A stretch of DNA of 64,000 nucleotides from Giardia intestinalis. Lineage: Eukaryota. Shown in pieces: positions 32,603 to 44,500 of this stretch. Made by a program: the position numbers and the translations under genes. Where the stretch lies: assembly GCA_000002435.2 (NCBI GenBank), contig CM018793.1; one strand, 5' to 3'. The notes under the pieces were generated by a model. It saw only the letters and a list, made by a program, of their open reading frames with translations, searched no databases and was not told the DNA's origin. How positions within the stretch are numbered: position 1 is the stretch's first letter; each line of letters starts with the position of its first letter.

Positions 32603-34231
32603 TCAATAACGTGTGTCTCGTATTTTGGGGAGGAGTGCTCCCCGTGACTGGGGATTCTTGGGGATACCATATTTAGGAGGGTTTAGAAACATATTATTGC
32701 CACCAACATTCATTACTGTCAGGCTATTACCCCTGGACGGTGCTTCTCGAACCTTCGCTGCTCGAGACCCTGACCGGGACGCAGGAAGAAACGGAAGTCC
32801 ACTGTCTTCAACATTCAGCGCATAGTGGGACTGTCTGGTTGCATTTGAGATAGCTCGCGCTTGTGCAGCAGCTGGGGACAGGGATTGCTGGACAGGATAA
32901 TGATAGTTAACAGTGTTGTGCACGCTGTGTGCAGGATAGTTTGTATGATGCTGACCAAAATTAGACATGACCATAGGTCCAGTAATATTTGACACGCCCA
33001 TAGTCGTACCTGATGGTCCTATTGTATGATAGGTGGAGTGACTGCTGCCAGGCTTCCCAGAAGAAGTTGGTACCGTAGTTGCTGGATACCCGATGCCTAA
33101 GCTGCTGGCCCCAATATTCTGCCCTGACTGTGCGGTGGGATTAATGGAATGGGATGAAGTAGTGTGTAGGTTGTGTTGAAGATTTTGCTGAAGTTGTGTG
33201 CTGCTTATGTCTCCTGACAATGTGTTTGATGAGTACTGGGGCTCCTTAACAAGGGGACGAATACCCATGTCTTCCATGCACTTCATTTCAAGCTGAAGCG
33301 CTCGCTGACGTACAGAATCAAAAAACTCGTGATCTAGACACTGTGTTGCGCTCGGCCTTTCCGCAGGGTCCATCTTCAACATCATTTTGAGAAGAGAGAT
33401 TGCTTGCTTGTCTTTTATTTTTCCTGTAAGCTTCTTCTCCAGTCCCTCGGGCCGCGAGGTAGGAAACTCCACGCCGATGAATTTGGGATTTCGCAAAAAC
33501 TTTTCCATCTGCTTCCGAGTAAGGTTTCCGAGTACACGCTGAATCAAGTACAGCTGATCCACGTCACTGTCCCCGGCAAAGAGAGGCTCTGATGTGATCA
33601 TTTCTGATATTATGAGGGCCGCCGCCCATATATCAACTGTTTGGTTATAGTCAGTAGCGTTCAGTAAGAGCTCCGGAGAGCGGTACCATCTAGTGGCAAC
33701 ATAGTCTGTCAAATTAGACTGAGGAAAATTCCCAGCAGCTCCAGCCGTTTGGGCACCGTTTATATGGCGCGCAAAGCCAAAATCACAGAGCTTTAATGTC
33801 CACTCACCATGCTTCTTGACTAGAAGAAGATTTTCCGGCTTCAAATCTCTGTGACATATCTCCATGAACTCCCACAAAAATTCGACACCACGAAGCATCT
33901 GAAAGGTTAGAAGCTTAACAGTTTCTATTGGAATCCCGCCAGGACTGTCTTCTATCAATTCTAAGAGGGTTTTCTCGCAATATTCAAAGACTAAATAGAG
34001 CCGTTGCTTGCGCTTGAAAGCCTCTTTGAGACATACTATATGAGGATGCTGCGCGTTTTTCAAGATCTTGACCTCCCGGAGTGTAGTCTTCTTGAAAGTA
34101 GAGTCTTCTGGGTCATCCGTATCTTTGAATTTCTTAATGGCAACCAGCTCGTTTGTCTCCTTATTCCTGCACTTTAAAACGACTCCATATGCTCCTTCCC
34201 CAGAGACGCCTAGGATCTCGTACTTGTTCAT
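32603..34231 (-). CDS. Ser/Thr protein kinase, CDKL (cyclin-dependent-kinase-like) family, with a low-complexity C-terminal tail
   Basis: MNKYEILGVSGEGAYGVVLKCRNKETNELVAIKKF is the Gly loop with VAIK. The protein carries HRDLKPENLL, LCDFGFAR, the TDY activation loop LTDYVATRWYRSPELLL and DVDQLYLI. It aligns closely to CDKL1. The ATG at 34231 is preceded by AATTTAAAAAGCAAAAGAGATAT. The tool ORF start at 34303 is TTG. Confidence 0.8.
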   Translation of the reverse strand: MNKYEILGVSGEGAYGVVLKCRNKETNELVAIKKFKDTDDPEDSTFKKTTLREVKILKNAQHPHIVCLKEAFKRKQRLYLVFEYCEKTLLELIEDSPGGIPIETVKLLTFQMLRGVEFLWEFMEICHRDLKPENLLLVKKHGEWTLKLCDFGFARHINGAQTAGAAGNFPQSNLTDYVATRWYRSPELLLNATDYNQTVDIWAAALIISEMITSEPLFAGDSDVDQLYLIQRVLGNLTRKQMEKFLRNPKFIGVEFPTSRPEGLEKKLTGKIKDKQAISLLKMMLKMDPAERPSATQCLDHEFFDSVRQRALQLEMKCMEDMGIRPLVKEPQYSSNTLSGDISSTQLQQNLQHNLHTTSSHSINPTAQSGQNIGASSLGIGYPATTVPTSSGKPGSSHSTYHTIGPSGTTMGVSNITGPMVMSNFGQHHTNYPAHSVHNTVNYHYPVQQSLSPAAAQARAISNATRQSHYALNVEDSGLPFLPASRSGSRAAKVREAPSRGNSLTVMNVGGNNMFLNPPKYGIPKNPQSRGALLPKIRDTRY

Positions 34232-34337
34232 ATATCTCTTTTGCTTTTTAAATTCCAGGTTTTTGGGACCGAGGGTTCCCGTTAAGGGTTTACTTAGAAG
34301 CAAGCCGAATACAGGATTTTAGAGACCACACCGCAAC

Positions 34338-35948
34338 TCAGTCTTTTCTTTGATCCTTGGCTGGCTTTTTCTCGCAGAGCATGATGGCGTTCCGGCATTC
34401 TTCGTAAGCTTCCGTAGACGCAAACTTGCTTTTATACTTCATAAGACGATTTAGAGGCGTTTGCCCGTTCAATGCAGGTATATTTCCCTCCAGAGGACCC
34501 AATGCTACAATCATGTCCCTGTTCGCCTTCGTGATGGATATCAGTAGACCCGTTTCGCCCTTGGCATCTGGAATTCTTGCTTCGTGCTTGGCAAGCAGGC
34601 GCACTGTATCCACATTAGCTCTCTCTACTGCCATATGAAGCGCTGAGCGACGCTTGCGAGCCGTCAATCCCGATTCGTGAAGGCAAAGAACTCTTGCTGC
34701 GTCATAGTTATTTAGTTGTGCTGCCTTCATGAGGGACGTATACCCATACATGTCTCTAGTCCGTACCTCGTACGGCACGAGCTCCTCTATACAATTAGTA
34801 TGGTTCCCAATCGCCGCCATCATGATCGCAGTTTCATCTCTCATATTCCTTATGCGAACCTCTCTGATCAGTAATCTTACTCCGTCAAGGAATCCTGTTC
34901 TGGCTGCTATCATCAGCGCAGTTGTCCCCGGAGGAAACGATACTGTCTTATCGTCTATATCAAGGACCAAGGTCTTCTCTGTTGCGTGTCCAAGAAACGA
35001 GAGGTTTTCGTTGAGAGCCACAGAATCCTTGTTGTACACTGCATCCATGAGAGGCGTTTTCCCACCTAAGGCAACCGGCTTCTGATATCTTTTCGAGTCT
35101 GCAAGAAAGAGCTCATGCGAGTTAGCCAATGATGTCTTTTTCATAGGTGGCTCTTCACTAGTACTAGTAGTGCATCCATATCTACCAGAGTTTGCCGAGG
35201 AATCGCCATTAGTCAACTGAGTGGGAGTCTTTGGGGCCTCGCCTCCCAACATAGCATGCAGAGAGAGCGCCTGTATGTGGCTCTCCTGTGAATTATAATC
35301 GTCCTGGTCGCTCATGGAAAGATCTATGACAAAAGGGACCATGGAGAAGCAACTAGTGAAGCTGCGCACGTCATCGACACTTGTCAGCCCAAGCTCTACC
35401 GCAGTAAAAAGCGTTCCAGTGTCCTTCCTTAGGTCATATGGGGTTTTTCCGTGAAAGTAGCTGGATAAAACCTTAGACATTCGTTTCAAGGTCAATGTTG
35501 AACTTTGCTCACAAATTTCTGTTAGTAGCTCTACTTCCTTCTCCTGTATGCAGCATTGGATGCGTTTAACTAATTGTACAAAGGCATCAATGATGGAAAT
35601 CTCTGTACACTGGGACCGAACGTATGGGATAAGAGGCAGATAGTCGCCCGGAACAACAATCTTTTCTGGGGATAGAAGAGGTGTACAGCCCTCTGAATGG
35701 ATCAGCATGGACCGTTCCAATATCCCTAGCGCTAATGTAGCTCCCATACCTTCTAAAAATCTCACTTCACGCTTGATAAATAAGGCGGTAAGATCTTCAA
35801 GTGTGGGCATGTATCTCGAGGTTGAATTCGCCCACGCAACACGCGGAAGATCATATATAGCTTTATAGGGAAGTGCAGTTTGTAAAGGTAACTGTTTGTT
35901 AAAGTAGTAGGCAGAGCTTTGTACCGAATTACGCTCCAGCTCTGTCAT
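34338..35948 (-). CDS. Ankyrin-repeat protein (Giardia Protein 21.1-like)
   Basis: The C-terminal half has at least four ankyrin repeats: TALMIAARTGFLDGVRLLI, TAIMMAAIGNHTNCIEEL, TSLMKAAQLNNYDAARVL and SALHMAVERANVDTVRLLAKH. The ATG at 35948 is preceded by TTTTAAAAAGTGG. The tool start at 35993 is GTG. Confidence 0.65.
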   Translation of the reverse strand: MTELERNSVQSSAYYFNKQLPLQTALPYKAIYDLPRVAWANSTSRYMPTLEDLTALFIKREVRFLEGMGATLALGILERSMLIHSEGCTPLLSPEKIVVPGDYLPLIPYVRSQCTEISIIDAFVQLVKRIQCCIQEKEVELLTEICEQSSTLTLKRMSKVLSSYFHGKTPYDLRKDTGTLFTAVELGLTSVDDVRSFTSCFSMVPFVIDLSMSDQDDYNSQESHIQALSLHAMLGGEAPKTPTQLTNGDSSANSGRYGCTTSTSEEPPMKKTSLANSHELFLADSKRYQKPVALGGKTPLMDAVYNKDSVALNENLSFLGHATEKTLVLDIDDKTVSFPPGTTALMIAARTGFLDGVRLLIREVRIRNMRDETAIMMAAIGNHTNCIEELVPYEVRTRDMYGYTSLMKAAQLNNYDAARVLCLHESGLTARKRRSALHMAVERANVDTVRLLAKHEARIPDAKGETGLLISITKANRDMIVALGPLEGNIPALNGQTPLNRLMKYKSKFASTEAYEECRNAIMLCEKKPAKDQRKD

Positions 35949-36212
35949 CCACTTTTTAAAATGCAACACCCTCCATTCGCTGTCGATACCCACTGCTCTG
36001 CATACCTTCTTCTATACGTGCACGCGGTGAAGTGCAACTAACACGCAGAAATTGCCCAATCAGTCATGAATATCAAGAGATAAAATTGTATCTACAAATG
36101 TACCTTAAGCGGCGTAGTACCGCACTTGCTCTATTAAAGCGTGTCACTGTTAGATGGCGATCAACATATAGTAAGCTACTGCTAAACAAGAAGACAAAAT
36201 GCGTATTTCAGA

Positions 36213-36635
36213 ATGACGAGATATCGCGTAACGAGTTTTTTGAGAAAAGAAATGCTTGTTGTCCTCTTAGCCACAGCGACACTTGCGTCTTATGCAGATA
36301 GATATATCCTCAACCCAGGTGGGCATATGTTTGCAACATTCGCCTCGTATGACTTAACAATTGCTACCTCTTCTGATGTGATTAATGTCTTGCCAAGTGG
36401 TCTTTGCGAGGAGACGCCTAGCATAGTTCCACAAGAACAATCATATATTCAAAGCTTGATCCATGAGAGAGAAGCCCTCAGAACCAAAAAGGAGGTGCTT
36501 CAAAAATTCTCACACCAGGCTCCAAAGGCCATCATGGCAATGGATGCAATCCAGCAGAAAATAGATGAAATTGAATCTAAAATACAACAAGCTCCAATCC
36601 TCTATGATATAGTAGACACAGACTTAACGTCTTGA
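36213..36635 (+). CDS. Hypothetical small protein (140 aa) with a signal-like N-terminus and predicted coiled-coil C-terminus
   Basis: An ATG-initiated ORF carries the hydrophobic stretch MLVVLLATATLASYA. The C-terminus is helical and charged: EREALRTKKEVLQKF...IQQKIDEIESKIQQ. It sits in a 700 bp gap between divergent genes. No homolog was recognised. Confidence 0.35.
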   Translation: MTRYRVTSFLRKEMLVVLLATATLASYADRYILNPGGHMFATFASYDLTIATSSDVINVLPSGLCEETPSIVPQEQSYIQSLIHEREALRTKKEVLQKFSHQAPKAIMAMDAIQQKIDEIESKIQQAPILYDIVDTDLTS

Positions 36636-36698
36636 GGCCCATCACAATCGAAATCCCAGTGAATCAAGTAAATTATCAATTAGACCTGGTTCATATAT

Positions 36699-37028
36699 TT
36701 ATTTCTGGGCATTCCCTGCGTCACTCCCTGCAGGATTACTATCGTTAGCAGACACGCAGGGAGCAAGGTTCATAACCAAGACCTCATTTATAATACAAAA
36801 CTCTCCCTTCTGTCCTGGATTGTCCAGGAGACGTGTTGTTGGAAGAGTTTCGCGGTGAATCTGGAAGATGTTATTACCCGCGGTACCAAAGGACAAGTCT
36901 GGAACGTCAAGGTACGAAGGCAGCTTGAGAGGGAGGCGTATTTGTGTGCTAGGAGCCGCAAGCCCAGAGTCTAGAGATAGCAAGTAGTATTCTTCACTCA
37001 CGACATCCTGGGAAACAATCTCCTGCAT
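36699..37028 (-). CDS. Hypothetical small ORF (about 110 aa)
   Basis: The ATG at 37028 (MQEIVSQDVVSEEYYLL...) is divergent from the PP2A-B'' gene. It has no recognisable domain and may be non-coding. Confidence 0.2.
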   Translation of the reverse strand: MQEIVSQDVVSEEYYLLSLDSGLAAPSTQIRLPLKLPSYLDVPDLSFGTAGNNIFQIHRETLPTTRLLDNPGQKGEFCIINEVLVMNLAPCVSANDSNPAGSDAGNAQK

Positions 37029-37103
37029 GCCCCAGATCAAGGTGTTTCGCAATTTTTGATAAGATCTTGTGTCTTCACTTTTTTGAAAGAAAAACCGATT
37101 CCG

Positions 37104-38465
37104 ATGACATCTCTGGGTGCCATGCTAAAGGAATTTGCTGAAAGGCACCCCATCATTGAGCCGACGTATGCTGAAATGCAGAAGCAGATTTCAGCCTTCC
37201 TCCCGCCAATCTCTCCGTCTGTGTCAGTTCCTTTGTTTTCAAACCCCGGACTTCTTTCCTCAAGAGACGACCTTCAGGACACCTTTTATCGCATCAGCCG
37301 CACAGCCACACTGCGAAAGGTCTACGAACCCCTTCAACTCTGTACGATAAATGACCTCATAACGATCGTGGATACGCACACGCCAGCTGATCAGTTGATT
37401 GACTACAGGATTTTCCGTAGGATTCTAGCTGATATCTATCAGCGGAGCCCGATTTACAAGAATATTCTGACAGTTAAGACGTTTCTTGCTTTACCGCGTA
37501 CGAAGGACGTGGCGGCTTATCCTATAAAGACTCTCAAGTTCCACTCTGACGTTGTCAAGCTTTCTATTGTGCGCATTGTTTCTTCAGCCCAAACTCGAAT
37601 TACGCTTACAACGTGCGATGTTGACGGAAAAGGCTTTCTTTTAGAATCCGATGTTGAAAACTATATACTCGATATCTCGCATCTTTATCCACACTTGCAG
37701 GACTGTGACGAAGTGTTTCGCCCGTTCTATCTCTGCACCATCATCAAGCCCTTGTTTTTCTTTCTCGATCCTTATCACCGAAAGCGCATAGCTATATCAG
37801 ATTTGTTAATCAGCCCGTATCTTGACCAAATCTTTGCTAACCCATCTGATCAGCCGCAAGAAGCCCTGGGCACCCTGCAAGGGCCACTCGCACAACGCTA
37901 CTTAACTTGGTTCCATCCTGACGCTGTAATGGATCTCTACACCTCCTACATCAGCGCTGATACCGACCAGGATGGGCTCTTGAGTGATAAAGAGTTAGCA
38001 GCGTTGGCCAAATATAAGTTCACTAGCAGATTTATCAAGGCGTTGCTCTTGACAATTCAAACATTCAACGGCAAAATGGATTACCGTGGCTTCATAGATC
38101 TAATGCTCTGCGTCTCCTTCCCGCGCAGCAAAGCTGCGGCAGTCTATATCTTCAAAATACTAGACTTTAATTGTAAGGGACATCTAACTAGAGACGATGT
38201 GCTATATTTCCTACAGGAAATGGTAGATGGGCTTCAGGGGTACTGCGGCGAGGGCGTGAAGTTTAACGTCGATGACCTTTGTGATGAAGTGTTTGACAGC
38301 ATCTCTCCCAAAAGCAACAGCATGGTTACTCTTTCGGACATAATTAGCTCTCGTAGCGGCGACATTTTGATTACCTTTTTAATTGATCCACTCTTGTTCA
38401 TTGAAAAGGAGTTGCAGCTTCAACAAGGCCACGTGATGATGAGGCCCTTGCCTTTTGAGGTCTAG
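37104..38465 (+). CDS. Protein phosphatase 2A regulatory subunit B'' (PR72/PR130, PPP2R3-type) with EF-hands
   Basis: DLYTSYISADTDQDGLLSDKELAAL aligns to the PR72 EF-hand FWELDTDHDLLIDADDLARH. YIFKILDFNCKGHLTRDDVLYFLQEM...TLSDIISSRSGDILITFLIDPLLFIEKEL aligns to PR72 [26 protein letters not shown]...ITLQDLKRCKLANVFFDTFFNIEKYL. The true ATG is at 37104. The tool start at 37056 is TTG. Confidence 0.75.
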   Translation: MTSLGAMLKEFAERHPIIEPTYAEMQKQISAFLPPISPSVSVPLFSNPGLLSSRDDLQDTFYRISRTATLRKVYEPLQLCTINDLITIVDTHTPADQLIDYRIFRRILADIYQRSPIYKNILTVKTFLALPRTKDVAAYPIKTLKFHSDVVKLSIVRIVSSAQTRITLTTCDVDGKGFLLESDVENYILDISHLYPHLQDCDEVFRPFYLCTIIKPLFFFLDPYHRKRIAISDLLISPYLDQIFANPSDQPQEALGTLQGPLAQRYLTWFHPDAVMDLYTSYISADTDQDGLLSDKELAALAKYKFTSRFIKALLLTIQTFNGKMDYRGFIDLMLCVSFPRSKAAAVYIFKILDFNCKGHLTRDDVLYFLQEMVDGLQGYCGEGVKFNVDDLCDEVFDSISPKSNSMVTLSDIISSRSGDILITFLIDPLLFIEKELQLQQGHVMMRPLPFEV

Positions 38466-38512
38466 AGCATGAGGGGTTATAGAATGCACTGAACCAAACT
38501 GATTCCAAGCTT

Positions 38513-41500
38513 TTAGTCTGATGAACCAGGTCGGCGTTTAAATTTGGTGTCTCTCCACTCCACCAGGATATTGTGGCCAAACATGATCACGGATTTGAGA
38601 TGTTTTAGACGGCCAGTCGACCAAATGAGAGCAATGATGCTAATTGTATAGACAAAGACTACGACGACTAAAACAATCACCACCGTCACAATCCTGTTAT
38701 AGAGGTATGTGTTTATTTGCTTGGACACCGCCTCCATCGCTACCTGAAGAGTGTCACTCATTACTCTAAAGGTTTCTAAGTTGCTTGTGAGGTTGATGTT
38801 ACTTAGAGGCACAAGAAGGTTTAAAATCTGACCTAGAGTGATACTTCCGGTAACGTTGGTGCCATTGGTGCTGTTGATGAGATTGATTGTATAATTAGCA
38901 TTGATTCCGAGAGGACTAATTTGGTCTGCGATATGAGTTATCCTCGTGAGGGCTGGGATACTCAATTCTGTAAGCCTCTCATACAACTTCCTGCAGGACA
39001 CATGACCCGTCGTCACGGATTCGTGTTGGTTCCAATAGAGGAGCGTTGAGTCTATCTCTGCAGAGAATCCTTGGATCCTCTCGCCAAAGCGCACACTGGG
39101 GCTACTAAACTTCAGCACATACTCAGAGCCATAGCAGATTGACTCTAGCATGATACGTAGCAAATGTATATGCTCTGCGTGAAGATCACAGAAAGACTGA
39201 AATCTCTGCGCGCTTTCCTTGATCGCAATCTTCTCTTCCACACTTAAGTTGTCCGTTGACGAGTATGAGTACTTAGATGCATATTCCGGGTGTGTTTCGG
39301 CCTCTGTAATCAGATACTGGTTAATGTAGCGGACGCTTTCTACAAGCATGGGCATGCCCTTTACATAGCTACTTATGCTGTAGTATTTTGCATACATGAA
39401 AATAAGCCCTATGCTCCCCCATAGAAAGAACAGCCCAAAGGTTCCAATAAGTAACGGAACTAGTGTATAGAAGACGATTTCTCCTAAAAAGAGCTGTTTT
39501 GTCCCAACGATTTGCGACGACGCTATCTTGTCAAATAGCTTTCGCACCTTGTCATTCCTATGAAGATGCTTTGCAGCATGCTCATCCATCTGCATGTTAT
39601 ACATGCTGTTCACCATGTGCCCTGTCTGCTCCAGTAGCATCTCGACTTCAATCGCAGAAACCTCCTGTGGAGAGTCTGAAGAACTCGAAGGGCTATCCTT
39701 GAGCATTCTAGCGTACACTGTGTATATGGGAAGGGAAGAAAATACTATACTGATCGATATAGTAACCAGCGTAAGGAGAACACTGCAAATGATTAACAGA
39801 GACCTAACTTCGAGCTTAGAGTCGTGCTCTTTTTGCTTCTGGACAAAGAGAGACATTATGCCATCGTAGAGTCTGCCAAAAGCATACTCCATTCCCATGT
39901 TTGCCTGATCAAGAGTATCTAGATGCATCTGAGCAATAGAATCTAAAATATTAATGTGGCTGTCTGGAGAATCTGCGGTTGGCTGATAGAGGGCTAAAAC
40001 GTAATTGTCTCTGAGATGTTTCTGAATTAAAATTGAAAAGCTTCTTTGCTCTGCAAACGAATAGAATGACGATAGCACTTCCTCGACAGTTCCCTGTGTG
40101 AACCTAGCGTTTCCAAGGTTCTCATTCCATCTAATCAGGGGTATATTCGGCTCTATTAACTTCTTTGCTGCATAGATGTACTCCTGGATGGAAATAGGAA
40201 AATCACTAAGGATGTAAGAGCTGTATGAAGGCATGGAGTTATAGAGCTGGAGCTCAGAGATATACGATGTCTCATTGTATCCGGAAAGCGCAGCATTCAA
40301 CAGGTCTTCCTTCAAGGCAGATATATTGTAGTAATCTTGGCGGTTTAAATGAGGAATGAAGAAGCCGTAGTAGTAGAGAAGCGATAGGCTTTCATGATAT
40401 ATAGTATCTAAGCGGTCTTGTGCCGGAACGAACACGTCTGTTGGTGAGTAGGCAACTGGTTGGTCTAGAAACGTCGCGATGCTGTCTCTTCGATAACGAA
40501 GGTGATAGCTGCTTAATTCATGGAGCGAGCGAATTAAGGCGTATTCTCTATCGATGCGAAATGCATATGCTAGATTAAAACCTGACAAGGAGACCAGCAT
40601 ACAGCCAGCAAGTCCTGCTGAAAAAATTCCGATGATTATCAAAATGTTAATATATTTTCTGATTTTCCCGGAGTTGAACCCGTGACTATGTCCATTAGAG
40701 AAGAGCAAGTGCTTGAAGCTCCAAAAAACATAGAGGCTGCAATAGAGAGCTAGAGGAATAATTGTTAGTAGAAGCACAGACAAGGAGATGATGGACATTA
40801 TGAAGTTAGTCGAAAGATTAAGGTCCACCAAACGGATTGTACCCGATGTATCTTTGAGTATATATTCCGTGAAGTTGCCGAACAGATAGAGCTTCATGGC
40901 ACGTTTCATAGTATCGTACACAGACTCACTGGAATTTTTGGGGCCCAAGTGAATCTCAACCTCTTGGTTAAAGCGCGCAGAGAAGAGATAGAAGAGGCTT
41001 TTGAAGCTTGTCATGTCCAGTATCTTATTTGCATGGTGATATAGGTCGCTGAAAGACCGCACAGCATCCTTGTTGGGACTATCGAAGTAATCTACAAGGA
41101 GAGTTGCTGGGGATCTTGGGTCCAAATAATGCTCCAAAGAATACGTATCATATAAAAGATTGCTGAAAAGTGTCTTCTTTAGGACGCATTCTGCGCTATC
41201 ATTTTCAACATCATAGTTTGTAGCGACGAAGTCGTAGGAGCTATCTTTTGCTTTGATCATTGGCAGCTCCAACATCGTATTTGAAACGTCTATAAAGTAG
41301 CGCAGAAGCTTGTAATATGTCAGGACCGTACTGTCGCTATAGAACGGCTTTACTTCTAAATGGTAATCGAGTTGGCGATGGATAACATTGCCGTCTCTAC
41401 GAGTATACTCAAGAAGTTGAGACGGAGCAACAATGCGGGTTAAGAACAAGAGGGGGGCTCGAAGCACAGTGAACAAATAACGAGGAGCCGTCAACAATGG

Positions 41501-44500
41501 CTCAAACACGAATGTTAATGCGTAGAACAAATTGCTGCATGGAGCTAAAATCCTTGCATAGGAGGTAAGCGGTATGGAGAAGACGTTGTACCTATTGAAC
41601 TCCGAAAACATGCTTTCTAACTCCTCAACATTGAGGTGCTTGACTGCGCTGGTATAGGTTTCTTTGTAAGTAGAAACGTTGGCGCCCATGCGAATGTTCC
41701 AGATCCCTGTTTCAAGATAGTTCAGCATGTGCTGAAAAAAGTGCAACTTCCGTGTCAAGAGGAGCGCAGACTCTGATGACATTACACGGTGGGTCAATGT
41801 CATGGAAATAGACCCCAGCACGTGAACAGATGCCACCGAAAGTACTACAGACAATATGACCAATAGGAGAAACAAACAGATAGGTTGGATGTTGTCTGCT
41901 TTGCGCTTTAAAGCCACGTATCGATAATTCATCTTGGAGTGCCTGGCGTTGATAACATTTATTGCACCTTCAACAATTTGCTTTTCTTCTGCTGATTGTG
42001 TGCTTAATGAACTTAGAAGGTCCAACTCACCCTTCAGCCTCGTGCACGTCTTCTCAAGCGCTTCCAGTCTTGACTTGAAGGATATAAAGATGCCCAAAAA
42101 GGGGCAGCAAATGAACACTCGCTGCATGAATGTTAAGCTGAGTGTGCTATCAGCTTGCTTTTTAATCTCTTTGATTTTTTCTAATACCTTGTGCGCCATC
42201 AGGTTGCAACAAAATCTCCTAGATTGCTTGAAGTGACTGACCCTGTGGCTTGATGATGTTGATCTGGTCTCTGCAATTAGACTCTCATTGTTCAGGTCCT
42301 CTGAGCGAAGGGGTGTGCTAAACCGTGATTTGGTTGTGCTTCTGTCACCCGTATTCTGTGAGCGACTGTCTAGCATAGTAGACAAGATTTCGGGACAATG
42401 ACGATGAGAGGATGATAGAAAAGATTGCTGGTTCTGCTGGCTCGTAGATGCCTCTGCTATTCTTGGCAATTCTCCGTGAGTCTTAACATCGTCTACCTCT
42501 TGAACAGACGGCTCTGCAGACGTTGCTGGGGTCTGCATCGTAGTCCCCGAAGCTCTTGTCTGGAGTTTAGATGTGCTAATACTTGTGCTAAAAGGGGTCA
42601 TCCGAGACTGACTAGATGACTTGTTAATGTGGGGGTCTCTTAAGAGCATCTGCAAGGCATTAATATCGTAAAACTGGATCACAAAGTCACATATCTTAAA
42701 ACAGATCGCGTTAGATAAACGAGAAATGTCATTGTAGTTAAGCTGCTGATAAATGCTGAGAATTCTAAAGAAAACAATGATGAGTTTGCGAAACTGGATG
42801 CTGCGGATAGTTGATATAACGATAACAAGACATAGCGTGCATATCAGTATGTGAATTGGGAGCTCTATGTTGAAAAGGTATTGAACAGCGAGATCCCTTG
42901 CGACTGTGGAATATAGAATCAACTTCTTGACCCCCTGTGGCGCTGTTTCAAAGATATTTTGATCAAATAACGGGGTCGTCGTGAACCTCGAATCATCAAA
43001 CTTGATATGGAACCTCTCGTTGTCGGGCAGATACGTCTTCTGATACAATAGAGACGACAAGATGTCTGCATATTCTCTGAAGGATACGGTATAGGCAAAA
43101 ATTGGGGATAACGCCTTGGACTGCTTAAGCACACTAGGAGTTATGCTAATACGAGGGATATAATTCTCCAGCTGTGCCTGATATTCCCACAGCCAGTGAA
43201 AGGTCTCTGGTATTTGCAATACTTTAGACAGTAGCGGGTTTGTTCGCATAACACTAATATATGAAAAGATTTTGGAGGGGTCTATGATCCCAGAGAGCAA
43301 ATCTTGGAAGGTCTTGCTGGGAGTTGTTAAATTGGTAAAGAAGCTTAAGAAGATTGTAATGTCATCACTATTCTCGTTGTAGAGCTCTGATGGAAATAGA
43401 TTGATCAGCTGAGACTTGTAGAAGGAATCGTTTTCTAGTGCGTTGACATCATTTGTTATCGCATTGCTGCTACCATTGTAAAGTAAGTAGTCCTGCGTGG
43501 AACTTGATTCGTTTCCATTTAGAAACGAGTACTGGGACAGGTGCGTTAAGATCCCGTTGCACAACCCTTCTCCATAAAAGCATGACAAGCTCAGACTCGC
43601 AGTGGCTACAGTCTCATACTGCTTCCGCATCTCCGCGGAGCACTTACCTCTAGTGTTGCTTGTGAGTTTCTTATCAATCGACCAAAGTCTAACGTTGTGT
43701 ATGTATTTATAGAGTAGAAGATCTAAGTAGTCTGACAATGTGAGACCTCTAACCCACAGATCGCCAAGATAAAAATAAATTATACAAAAGAGTACAAAAA
43801 GGAAGAGAGCCGTTCCTGCTAAGGATATGTAAAATGATGCAGTTGTATGGGGAGCGTTATCTAGCTGGTGAGGTAGATTGAACCAACCCTTTAGGGTCCT
43901 CATGCGTTCTGATATGAAGCCTAGATGCACCTTTCTCCCAACAATTGAGATTGCCCGGATTCCATCTGCACGCTTTGCAATCTGCTCTTCAAGTTGTCGC
44001 CTATAGGTTTTGCTCAGATTTGCACCAAAAATATCATTCTCATGAGCGGCTGCATGTTCTTCGTGATTGTGCGAATCAAATAAGGAGCCCAGATACCCTC
44101 TAGCCTTGATGTCAGAATAGTTATCTATCTGCGGGTCATAGTGCTGCGAAATGGGCAAGCCTTCGCTGAATATTTCTGTACTAGAATTGTCATTACCCGC
44201 AGAGCTCTGTGAAGCCGGCGTGTTTCGTCCTGAACTGTGCACGTGGTATAAGCCAGACATGCCGGGACTGTCGTGATGTGCCACGTTGATTCCGCTGTGT
44301 GTATGAACTACAATATTTAAGAAGCTTCTCAAGTGAGGCGTCCTATCTGCTTCTATCGCTTCTGGTATGATCTCTCTGCAAATCTTTGCAAAGCGTGCCG
44401 TATCCTTTGGGCAGAAATTAAAAGAACGAAGAAAACCATAATACATAAACAAAATCGATTGGTCCTTGTGTCGAATTGTAGTTGTGGACGAGAGGACTTT

